DNA of 11,525 bases, taken from positions 1 through 11,525 of the forward strand of contig QHTZ01000021.1 of assembly GCA_003221005.1 (NCBI GenBank), given 5' to 3'. The notes beneath the pieces were generated by a model, which searched no databases, was not told the origin of the DNA, and worked only from the letters and a program-made list of their open reading frames with translations. Made by a program: the position numbers and the translations under genes. Of this stretch, positions 1 through 8,054 are shown one piece after another; the first letter of the stretch is position 1, and every line of letters starts with the position of its first letter. This stretch comes from Gemmatimonadota bacterium (GTDB lineage: Bacteria; Gemmatimonadota; Gemmatimonadetes; Gemmatimonadales; GWC2-71-9).

Positions 1-54
1 GGGGCGGCGCCACGTTTTCGTAACGCCCGTCCTCGGAGAACACGGGGAGACGGA

Positions 55-1239
55 GTGACCGCGCACGCGAAGCTTGCCGTCATATTCGCTCCAACGGCGG
101 CCCTTGCACTTCTGGCGCCGCTCGCCGGCCAGAGCCTGGCCCCCCGGGAGAGCCTCGAGGAGCTCACGACGGCTGCGCGACGCGACTCCAACGACGCAGC
201 AGCACAATACCTGCTAGGGCTCGGGTTCTGGAACAAGCAGCGTTACGACGATGCCGAGCGGGTCTTCCGTCTCGCAGTCGCGATCGAGCCGCGCTTTGCC
301 CCTGGTTGGCTTGCGCTCGGTGTCCTTCCATTCGCTCGTCGCCCGAAGCTCCGCGAGGAGCAGATGAAGGGGCACGTGCCAGAGGACTGGAAGGAGACCC
401 TGGCAGAATCAGAGCGGTCGATCAGGCGCGCGTTTCTCGTCGACCCGTTGGTCGATCTGCGGATCCTTTCTTCGGTCGACCGGGCGCGTCGGTGGGCGGT
501 TCGAGTGGTGAACGGCAGGCTGTATATCTCCCAAGACCCGTTCGCCTTCTTGGAGGAAGGTCAGTATCGGCTGGCATTCGACCTCTTCGACGCCGACATG
601 CCTTCCCAGCGGGACTCGGTTACGCTGAGCTCGGTTCCATCACCGCTCCTTTGGTACCATGGGATCTGTGCGGCGCATCTAAACCTCTACACGATCGCGA
701 TCCATGACTTTCAGAGCCTGCTTGATCGCGCCTTGGCCCGCGAGCGGAGCGATTCCCTGTTGAGGATGCCTCTCGCCACCAACGATTATCGGTACCTGCT
801 TGCGCTCATGTACCAGCGCGAAGCTGATTGGCTCGACGCGGTCCCTCTCTACCGCGCGGCGCTCGAGAACGATCTGGGGCTTTACATGGCGCACCTACAG
901 CTGGCTCGCATCTTCGCCGCGCGCGGAATGCTCGATTCCGCTGTGATTGAGTCACGCGCGGCTGTAGTGGTCAACCCCGAGGATCCGAGCTTGCTGTTGG
1001 AACACGGTGCCGTACTCATGGCAGCGGGGCAATTCACCGCGGCTGAGGACACTCTGCGGCGTTCCATGGAGGCCAACTCGCGGGAATCCCAGGCGCCGTA
1101 CTTCCTCGGCGTCACGCTTCAAGCCATGAACCGGCCGAATGAAGCTCGGGATGCCTTTGAACGCTTTCTCTCCCTCGCGCCCAGTCGCCTGACTGAGAAG
1201 ATCGCGGAGGCGAAGCGTCGGCTGGCCATGCTCCAGTAG
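55..1239 (+). CDS. Secreted tetratricopeptide-repeat (TPR) protein, 394 aa
   Basis: GTG start with GGGGAG (44-49) 5 nt upstream. Signal-peptide-like N-terminus (MTAHAKLAVIFAPTAALALLAPLAG-Q). TPR-like units: AAQYLLGLGFWNKQRYDDAERVFRLAVAIEPRF near the N-terminus, and C-terminal YRYLLALMYQREADWLDAVPLYRAALENDL, MAHLQLARIFAARGMLDSAVIESRAAVVVNPED, SLLLEHGAVLMAAGQFTAAEDTLRRSMEANSRE and QAPYFLGVTLQAMNRPNEARDAFERFLSLAP. Confidence 0.88.
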   Translation: MTAHAKLAVIFAPTAALALLAPLAGQSLAPRESLEELTTAARRDSNDAAAQYLLGLGFWNKQRYDDAERVFRLAVAIEPRFAPGWLALGVLPFARRPKLREEQMKGHVPEDWKETLAESERSIRRAFLVDPLVDLRILSSVDRARRWAVRVVNGRLYISQDPFAFLEEGQYRLAFDLFDADMPSQRDSVTLSSVPSPLLWYHGICAAHLNLYTIAIHDFQSLLDRALARERSDSLLRMPLATNDYRYLLALMYQREADWLDAVPLYRAALENDLGLYMAHLQLARIFAARGMLDSAVIESRAAVVVNPEDPSLLLEHGAVLMAAGQFTAAEDTLRRSMEANSRESQAPYFLGVTLQAMNRPNEARDAFERFLSLAPSRLTEKIAEAKRRLAMLQ

Positions 1240-1255
1240 CAGACAAGAAGCAACT

Positions 1256-2845
1256 GTGCCAAGAGTGCTGCGTCCCTCCCCCACGCCCAACCACGCGCTA
1301 TGCATGGTCCTCCTGCTGGTGGGCGGGTCCCTCGTTACGCCGCGCCCGCTGGCGGGCCAGGCCTCGGCCTACGAGCAACTTCAGAGGTTCTCGGCTGTCC
1401 TCAACCACATTCGCTTGAACTATGTCGACACGGTCACCTATGCGGAGCTCGTGAGCGCCGCGATTGAGGGGATGCTGCGGTCTCTTGATCCGCACAGCTA
1501 TTTCGTGTCCCGGCGTGATTGGGAGATGCGCTCGGCGCTAGAGCGGGGGGAGCTGGGGGTGTCGGGCATGGTTCTCGACGAGGAAGAAGGCGTCGCAACA
1601 GCGGAGGCCGTCGTCCCTGAGAGCCCGGCCGCCAAGGCGGGCGTCCTGCCGGGGGACCGCCTCGTCCAGATCAACGACACATCGGTCGTCGGACTTGAGG
1701 TAGCGAAGGTGGAGCTGCTACTCGCCAGGTCGAAGGGTACGAAGGTACGCGTGACGCTCGAACGCGGACCGCGCCTCGAGCCCGAGAGCCTCTCAGTGAC
1801 GCTCAAACTGCGCCCCTTGGACCGCATGTCCGTGGGTTTGGTACGAATGGCAGGCTCGGTGACTGCGTACCTACGGCTCGGCTGGTTTGGGACAAAGGCG
1901 GACGAGGAGTTGCATCGAGCACTGAAACAGCTCGAGCGGTCCGGGGCCCAGCAGGTGATCCTGGACCTGCGCGACAACCCCGGCGGTATGGTGGACGCCG
2001 CAGTCGAAATCGCGTCGGAGTTCTTCCCTGAGGGGACACTCGTCTTTCGGACGCGGGGGCGGAAGGTGGACGCGAACCGCGACTTCGTCACGAAGCGAAC
2101 TGGGGACTTTGCGTCGCTGCCCCTGGTTGTCCTCGTCAATGAGCGCAGCGCGAGTGCCTCGGAAGCACTCGCTGGAGCGATGCAGGATCACGATCGTGCG
2201 CTGCTCCTGGGGCGACGCACCTTCGGGAAGGCCCTCGAACAGACCGGTTTCTTGCTGGTGCCAACGGGCGATGTGGTCGAGCTGACCGTTGCTCATGTAG
2301 AGACGCCCAGTGGGCGAGTCATCCAACGCCACTACAAGGGCATTTCCGTAGAGCAATACCAATCGTTCGCTGGCAAATCGGGAGCTGCTGCGGACACCGT
2401 GACCCGGTTCCACACCGATCACGGTCGCGAAGTGCGTGGGGGCGGGGGCATCGCGCCTGACATCACGACGTCCGCGCCGGCTACATACCCTGTTTGGTGG
2501 AGCGTTGCCGTTGACAGCGGGCTCGCGTCCGCCGTGGCCGACAGCGTCGCGCGCAGCCTTCCCGGATCCGATGGTGCCCGCGCGGCGTGGGCCGGCGATC
2601 CCGCACGCTGGCGTCGTGAACTGTTGGACCCGTTCCTCGCCCACGTGCGCACTGTCTTGCATGTACGCGCCGAGCCTGACACTGCCGTCGCCAGTCGCCT
2701 CGCCTTGCTACTCGCAGTGCGCGTGGCCGACGTGCGCTGGCCGCCCGATGGCGGTGCGGAGGTTTTCGTGGGAAACGATCCCGATATTCGAGCCGCCGCG
2801 AGTTACTTCCCCCGTCTCGGCGAGCTTTTGGCCGGCCCGAAGTAA
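1256..2845 (+). CDS. S41 family carboxyl-terminal processing protease (CtpA/Prc-like) with PDZ domain and signal peptide
   Basis: N-terminal NYVD...AIEGMLRSLDPHSYF. PDZ segment VVPESPAAKAGVLPGDRLVQIN. ILDLRDNPGG motif. Catalytic Ser300 in SASASE (2153-2155) and Lys325 in TFGK (2228-2230), 25 residues apart as in Prc S452/K477. TPSGRVIQR and GGGGIAPD motifs. Start is GTG 1256; ATG 1304 is an alternative. Confidence 0.93.
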   Translation: MPRVLRPSPTPNHALCMVLLLVGGSLVTPRPLAGQASAYEQLQRFSAVLNHIRLNYVDTVTYAELVSAAIEGMLRSLDPHSYFVSRRDWEMRSALERGELGVSGMVLDEEEGVATAEAVVPESPAAKAGVLPGDRLVQINDTSVVGLEVAKVELLLARSKGTKVRVTLERGPRLEPESLSVTLKLRPLDRMSVGLVRMAGSVTAYLRLGWFGTKADEELHRALKQLERSGAQQVILDLRDNPGGMVDAAVEIASEFFPEGTLVFRTRGRKVDANRDFVTKRTGDFASLPLVVLVNERSASASEALAGAMQDHDRALLLGRRTFGKALEQTGFLLVPTGDVVELTVAHVETPSGRVIQRHYKGISVEQYQSFAGKSGAAADTVTRFHTDHGREVRGGGGIAPDITTSAPATYPVWWSVAVDSGLASAVADSVARSLPGSDGARAAWAGDPARWRRELLDPFLAHVRTVLHVRAEPDTAVASRLALLLAVRVADVRWPPDGGAEVFVGNDPDIRAAASYFPRLGELLAGPK

Positions 2846-2847
2846 GC

Positions 2848-2853
2848 TATCTT
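2848..2853 (+). promoter_or_regulatory. Possible sigma70-type -10 element (TATCTT) for the E1 gene, implying a very short leader
   Basis: TANNNT hexamer in the only AT-rich patch of the 18-nt gap between the S41 stop and ATG 2864. No Shine-Dalgarno sequence and no convincing -35. Confidence 0.3.
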
Positions 2854-2863
2854 TCGTGTGGAT

Positions 2864-4984
2864 ATGGCCACCCGCGCCCGACCGCAGCCCAAAGCCGCCA
2901 AGGCGCTCGCTAAGCCGGACCTCCTCGACATGTACCGGCTCATGCTGCTCGCCCGCCGCTTGGACGACCGGGAGATCCAGCTCAAACGCCAGAACCGAAT
3001 CTTCTTCCAGATCTCGGGCGCGGGGCATGAGGCGGTCCTGGTCGCCGCGGGGAGGGTGCTGCGGCCCTCGTACGACTGGTTCTACGCCTACTACCGCGAC
3101 CGGGCTCTCGCCCTCGCCCTCGGCGTCACCCCGACTGAAATGCTCCTTTCGGCCGTCGCGGCCGCCGACGACCCAAGCTCCGGCGGCCGCCAGATGCCGT
3201 CCCACTGGGGGCACAAGACCCTCAACATCGTCAGCCAGTCGAGTCCCACCGGCAGTCAGTTCGTCCAGGCCGTGGGGTGCGCGGAGGCGTGGCGGCGCTA
3301 CGACCGCATCGACGCGATCACCGAGAAACCGACCCACGGGGACGAACTGGTCTATTGCTCCGGGGGTGACGGCGCCACGAGCGAGGGGGAATTCTGGGAA
3401 GCGCTCAACAGCGCCTGCAACCTCAAGCTGCCCGTCCTCTTCCTGATCGAGGACAACGGCTACGCCATCTCCGTGCCGGTCGAGGTGCAGACCGCCGGCG
3501 GGTCCATCTCAAAGCTCGTCGGCAACTTCCCCGACCTCCACGTGGAGGAGGTAAACGGCTGCGACCCGATCGCCTCCTACGACGCCCTGACGCGCGCCGC
3601 CGCTCATTGCCGCCAGCGCAGGGGTCCGGCCCTGGTACACGCCCACGTTACGCGGCCCTACTCACATTCGCTGTCCGATGACGAGGTGCTCTACAAGCCG
3701 CCCCGCGAGCGCGAGGAGGAGGCCAAGCGCGACTGTCTCGCCACATTCCCGAAGCGGCTGCTCGCCGACGGCGTGGCCACCGAGGTGGACCTCGACGCGA
3801 TCAAGCACCAAGTGGAGGAGGAAATCCAGGTCGCGACCGACATGGCGCTCGCGTCGCCGCAGCCCAAGCCGGAGACCGCGCTCCTGTACGTGTACTCACC
3901 CGACGTCGATCCCACGTCGGAGCAGTTTGACACCGAGGACGACCCACACTTCACCGGGGACCCCACCACGATGGTGGACCTTCTCAACGCGTGTCTGCGC
4001 GACGAAATGGCCCGCGAGCCGCGCATCCTCGTGTTCGGTGAAGACGTGGCGGACCTAAGCCGCGAGCAACATCTCACCGAGGTGAAGGGGAAGGGTGGGG
4101 TGTTCAAGGTCACCTGGGGACTCCAGCGCCATTTCGGAAGCGAGCGAGTGTACAACACGCCGCTCGCTGAGGCGAGCATCGTGGGCCGCGCGATCGGACT
4201 CGCGACGCGGGGGCTGAAGCCGGTCGTCGAGATCCAGTTCTTCGACTACATCTGGCCCGCCTACCATCAGCTGCGAAGCGAGCTCGCCACGCTGCGCTGG
4301 CGCTCGAGCAACGCGTTCCGCGCCCCCGTCGTGGTGCGCGTCACGTACGGCGGATACCTGCGAGGCGGCGGCCCATACCACTCGCAGACCGGCGCCGCGG
4401 TGTTCACCGCCGTTCCCGGCCTCCGCGTAGTGTGCCCGGCCACCGCGCTCGACGCCAACGGGCTGCTGCGGACCGCCATCCGCTGCGATGACCCGGTGCT
4501 GTTCCTCGAGCACAAGCACCTCTATCGACAGACCTACAACAAGGCCCCCAACCCCGGCCCCAACTTCATGATCCCGTTCGGCAAGGCGAAGGTGGTCCGG
4601 CCGGGGACGGACCTGACGGTCGTGACCTATGGAGCGGTAGTCCAGCGGGCCCTGGTGGCAGCGAAGGATCTCGAGGCGAAGGAGCACGTGAGCGTCGAGG
4701 TGATCGACCTGCGCTCGCTTTCGCCGGTCGATTGGCAAACCGTAGCGGCCTCCGTCCAAAAGACGAACCGCGTGCTGGTGGCGTACGAGGATGCCCTCTC
4801 GTGGGGGTACGGCGCCGAGATCGCGGCCTGGATCGCGGACGAGTGCTTCTCGTGGCTCGACGCCCCCGTCAAGCGCGTCGCCTCGACTGACTCCTTCGTG
4901 GGATACGCTCCCGACTTGGAAGACTTCATCCTCCCGCAGGTCGAAGACCTCGCGCGTGCGATGCGCGAGCTGCATGCGTTCTAA
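2864..4984 (+). CDS. 2-oxoacid dehydrogenase E1 component, fused alpha/beta subunits (probably branched-chain/2-oxoisovalerate type)
   Basis: Alpha half: [25 protein letters not shown], ThDP-binding GDG (3365-3373)...[19 protein letters not shown]. Beta half: [61 protein letters not shown] 2864 preferred over GTG 2858. Confidence 0.95.
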   Translation: MATRARPQPKAAKALAKPDLLDMYRLMLLARRLDDREIQLKRQNRIFFQISGAGHEAVLVAAGRVLRPSYDWFYAYYRDRALALALGVTPTEMLLSAVAAADDPSSGGRQMPSHWGHKTLNIVSQSSPTGSQFVQAVGCAEAWRRYDRIDAITEKPTHGDELVYCSGGDGATSEGEFWEALNSACNLKLPVLFLIEDNGYAISVPVEVQTAGGSISKLVGNFPDLHVEEVNGCDPIASYDALTRAAAHCRQRRGPALVHAHVTRPYSHSLSDDEVLYKPPREREEEAKRDCLATFPKRLLADGVATEVDLDAIKHQVEEEIQVATDMALASPQPKPETALLYVYSPDVDPTSEQFDTEDDPHFTGDPTTMVDLLNACLRDEMAREPRILVFGEDVADLSREQHLTEVKGKGGVFKVTWGLQRHFGSERVYNTPLAEASIVGRAIGLATRGLKPVVEIQFFDYIWPAYHQLRSELATLRWRSSNAFRAPVVVRVTYGGYLRGGGPYHSQTGAAVFTAVPGLRVVCPATALDANGLLRTAIRCDDPVLFLEHKHLYRQTYNKAPNPGPNFMIPFGKAKVVRPGTDLTVVTYGAVVQRALVAAKDLEAKEHVSVEVIDLRSLSPVDWQTVAASVQKTNRVLVAYEDALSWGYGAEIAAWIADECFSWLDAPVKRVASTDSFVGYAPDLEDFILPQVEDLARAMRELHAF

Positions 4985-7900
4985 AGCCGCACTCGCCTAC
5001 AGTCTCCTCTTCTTCTGGTCCGGCGCCACCGCGCTCGTCTACGAGCTGCTGTGGATCCGCCTGTTGTATCAAGCGTTCGGCTCGACTATTCAGTCGGTGA
5101 CGACGGTGGTGGCGGCCTACATGGGCGGCCTCGGCTTGGGCGCGTGGCTGCTCGGCAGCCGCGGCGACAGTCACCCCCGGCCCGCGGCGCTCTATGGCTG
5201 GTTGGAGATCGCGATCGGGTGTTTCGGGCTGGCGTCGCCGCTCGTGTTTGGAATGGTGTCGTGGCTCTACGTGAGCGTGGGAGGGGCGCTGCAGCTCGAG
5301 GGCGCCGCGAGCATGCTGTTGCGTTTCAGCCTCGCCGGGCTAGCCCTGCTGGTGCCGACCACGCTGATGGGCGGCACGCTACCGGTCCTGACGCGCGCGT
5401 TCGCCGTGGGCGACCGCGGGGCACTCAGACGGACCGTTGGCTCCCTCTACGGCCTCAACACGCTCGGCGCCATGACCGGAACGGCGCTCGCGGGATTCCT
5501 TCTCATCGAGCACGTCGGCATCCGCCTCAGTCTGTGGCTCACAGGGTTGTCGAACCTGGCGCTGGGCCTCTGGGCCTTGTGGCTGGCTCGCTCACTCGAG
5601 CCCGCGCCGCCTGCGACGCCGGCACATCTGGACCCCTCGCCTTCCCGTGCGCTGCGCAGGCTCGGCCTCGTATTGCTCGGGGTCACGGCGTTCGCTTCGC
5701 TCCTCGACGAAGTGGCGTGGACGCGTGTGCTCGTCATGATCGTCGGAGGCTCCACGTACGCTTTCACACTCGTCCTCCTCACGTTCCTCTTGGGGATCGG
5801 GCTCGGGAGCGTCCTCGTCGCTCGCCGAGGTGCGCCCGAGCCCGAGACCGGTGCGTCGGCCGCGCTGGCGCAGGGTGTGACGGCGGCCGGCGCCGCCCTG
5901 CTGCTGTTGTTCCTCGGGGTGTTACCCGGCTACATCGTCGCCCTGTTTCAGTTCCACGAACTGGGCTCCACGGCGCGACTGCTCCTTCTCGGCACGGTGG
6001 TCGCTGCCGTGGTCGTCGTGCCGGCGATCGGTATGGGCATGTCCTTCCCGCTGCTCAACGACCTCGTGGCGCGGGCCGGCGACAGCCGGGCGCGGGATGT
6101 GGGGCGCGCCTACGCCATCAACACGGGTGGCAGCATTGCGGGGGCCGTGCTCACGGGGTTCGTCCTCGTGGTGTGGCTCGGCACCGACTTGACGCTGCGG
6201 CTCGGCGTGCTCGTCAACGCCGCGTCGGCGCTCGTCCTGGCGGTGCTGGTGTCGCGGGGCGTGGCCGAGGGCTCCGCCGAGCATGGACGCCTGCGAGTGC
6301 GCGTCGTGGGCGGCGGTCTCCTCGCAAGTCTCGCGCTCGCGGCCGCGGTGGCCGCCCCGCGCTGGAGCACGCGATTGATCGATCTCGGTCCCGCCATCTA
6401 CGCGCGCCGGCCGATGGACGCGGCCGCGCGACGCGCGTTCCTGCAACACGCCGGCTCCCGGCAGCTCGCCTTCCGCGAGGGCTGGAACGCGACCGTCTCC
6501 GTGTGGGAGGCATACTGGGGCCACGCGCTCAAGGTGAACGGCAAGACCGATGCGTCCGACTACGGCGACATGGACACCGAAGTGCTCGTCGGGCTCGCCC
6601 CTGTGGCAGCCCGCTCCGGCGCGGCGTCGGCCCTCGTTATCGGCTACGGCAGCGGTGTGACGACCCGCGTTCTCGCCGCCGCGCCCGGGATGCAACGCGT
6701 GCGGGTGGTCGAGATCGAGCCGGCGGTGCTGGCGATGGACCGCTACTTCCGCCACGTGAATGATTCCGTGCTCGACCACCCCATCGTTACGGTCCAAGTG
6801 GATGACGCGCGCAGCGCGCTGCAGCTCAGCCACGAGCGGTTCGACATCATCGTTTCCGAGCCCTCGAATCCGTGGTTGGCGGGGGTGGCGACGCTGTACA
6901 CGCCCGAGTTCTTCGACATCGTCCGCCACCGCCTCGGGGATGAGGGCGTCTTCTGCCAGTGGCTACAGCTCTATCAGTTGCCCCTCCCCGTCCTGGCGGG
7001 GATCGTCGGCAATCTCCGCACCGTGTTCCCGAACGTGGAGGTGTGGTTCAGCTACCCCGGGGATCTCGTGGTGCTCGGCTCACGGCGTCCGTTCCGCTAC
7101 GACCCAGCTTGGCTTGCTCGGCTGATGGGCCCGCGCGGCGCCTTCGAGGACGTCGCCCGCGAATACCTCAACGTAGATACGCCGGCGGACTACTTTGGCC
7201 ATTTCCTCCTGGGCAGCGCTGCTGTCTCGCAGCTGGTCGCGCGGGGCGCGTGGGTCCATCGTGACGACCGTCCCCAGCTCGAGTTCGTCGCCGCCCGCCG
7301 CTTCCTCGACAACGACTACCCGGGCGACGTGTTCGACAGTCTCGCCGCGCTCGGAGGGGCGACGCTGGCCGGGAGCGGCCCGCCGCGCTTGCTTCTTGCC
7401 AAAGCGCTATCGACTCGTCCGGGTAATGCCACGGTTTTCCGGTACGTCGACCCGATTCGGCGGGCCCACCCCGATGAACCCGTGTGGACGGTGGAGGTCG
7501 CCGCGATGCGGGTCGCGCTGGGCGACACGGCCTTCGCCGATACGGCCCTGGCGCGCATCGTCGCGCGCGCCCCCACGGCCGACGCTCTGCTGTTGAGCGG
7601 CGTGATCGCGACCGCGCGGAATCAAGGGGAGCGCGCCCGGCCGCTCCTCCGCAGAGCGCTCGCCGCCGGTGCCGACAGCGCCTGGGTTGGGGCCGGCCTC
7701 GCGGTGCTGGCCGCGCGCGCCGGTCGCTGGGCGGACGCCATCGCCGGTACGCGGGCGGCGATGCGCCAAGCACGCGGGACGCTGCGCCACCCGATTCCCG
7801 GGGATCTGTTGCGCGACGCGCTGACGCGAATCGCCCTCCACGCGCCGCCGGCCGCGGCCGACTCCCTCATGGCCGAATCCCAGCGGATCCGTCCCGGTTG

Positions 7901-8054
7901 GGCAAACCTCTATGAGCTGCGCGCGATCGTGGAGCTGCGGGAAGGACTGTGCGCCGCCGCCGCGGAGCATTTCCTGGTGCTGGTGGATTTCGGGCTCGAG
8001 CGCCGGGACGCACCGGAGCTGGTGGCGCGGTGCGAGCGGGGACTCGTGCCCTAG
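4974..8054 (+). CDS. Fused multi-pass membrane (MFS-like) / spermidine-synthase-like SAM-binding protein with C-terminal TPR-like region, ~1026 aa
   Basis: Likely start is ATG 4974 ([29 protein letters not shown]), overlapping the E1 stop by 11 nt. Two hydrophobic repeats carry SG...E..W.R and Y..NT.G motifs. The soluble domain has [51 protein letters not shown] and [10 protein letters not shown]. An Ala/Leu-rich helical repeat tail follows. Confidence 0.88.
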   Translation: MRSKAALAYSLLFFWSGATALVYELLWIRLLYQAFGSTIQSVTTVVAAYMGGLGLGAWLLGSRGDSHPRPAALYGWLEIAIGCFGLASPLVFGMVSWLYVSVGGALQLEGAASMLLRFSLAGLALLVPTTLMGGTLPVLTRAFAVGDRGALRRTVGSLYGLNTLGAMTGTALAGFLLIEHVGIRLSLWLTGLSNLALGLWALWLARSLEPAPPATPAHLDPSPSRALRRLGLVLLGVTAFASLLDEVAWTRVLVMIVGGSTYAFTLVLLTFLLGIGLGSVLVARRGAPEPETGASAALAQGVTAAGAALLLLFLGVLPGYIVALFQFHELGSTARLLLLGTVVAAVVVVPAIGMGMSFPLLNDLVARAGDSRARDVGRAYAINTGGSIAGAVLTGFVLVVWLGTDLTLRLGVLVNAASALVLAVLVSRGVAEGSAEHGRLRVRVVGGGLLASLALAAAVAAPRWSTRLIDLGPAIYARRPMDAAARRAFLQHAGSRQLAFREGWNATVSVWEAYWGHALKVNGKTDASDYGDMDTEVLVGLAPVAARSGAASALVIGYGSGVTTRVLAAAPGMQRVRVVEIEPAVLAMDRYFRHVNDSVLDHPIVTVQVDDARSALQLSHERFDIIVSEPSNPWLAGVATLYTPEFFDIVRHRLGDEGVFCQWLQLYQLPLPVLAGIVGNLRTVFPNVEVWFSYPGDLVVLGSRRPFRYDPAWLARLMGPRGAFEDVAREYLNVDTPADYFGHFLLGSAAVSQLVARGAWVHRDDRPQLEFVAARRFLDNDYPGDVFDSLAALGGATLAGSGPPRLLLAKALSTRPGNATVFRYVDPIRRAHPDEPVWTVEVAAMRVALGDTAFADTALARIVARAPTADALLLSGVIATARNQGERARPLLRRALAAGADSAWVGAGLAVLAARAGRWADAIAGTRAAMRQARGTLRHPIPGDLLRDALTRIALHAPPAAADSLMAESQRIRPGWANLYELRAIVELREGLCAAAAEHFLVLVDFGLERRDAPELVARCERGLVP
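5010..6255 (+). repeat. Internal protein-level tandem duplication of the membrane module (approx. 5010-5590 and 5670-6255)
   Basis: [23 protein letters not shown] vs [24 protein letters not shown]; [13 protein letters not shown] vs [13 protein letters not shown]; [24 protein letters not shown] vs [24 protein letters not shown]. Confidence 0.8.

Noticed and set aside
1-54. GGGCG...CGCCC stem as a terminator or leader structure
   Set aside because: 5-bp stem with a long loop and no U-tract, truncated by the window edge.
2436-3446. 336-aa ORF spanning the S41/E1 junction
   Set aside because: It overlaps two well-supported genes in another frame and has low-complexity Ser/Pro/Arg composition.
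3653-3682. E1 loop [10 protein letters not shown] as a target of the neighbouring kinase
   Set aside because: This loop is conserved for catalysis. Eukaryotic E1 kinases are GHKL-type, not Hanks-type, and only proximity suggests a link.
4791-4973. 61-aa N-terminal extension of the 1087-aa ORF in the track
   Set aside because: It lies inside the conserved E1 beta C-terminus and is Ser/Arg/Pro-rich off-frame sequence. The family-like hydrophobic sequence begins right after ATG 4974.
4055-4975. Long antisense ORFs (also 1871-2662, 5922-6929, 7407-8237, 7949-8956)
   Set aside because: Antisense mirror frames of GC-rich genes, with no independent evidence of coding.
5051-6763. 570-aa alternative-frame ORF on the + strand
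   Set aside because: Arg/Gly/Ala-rich shadow of the membrane protein, with no motifs. Long stop-free frames are expected at this GC content.
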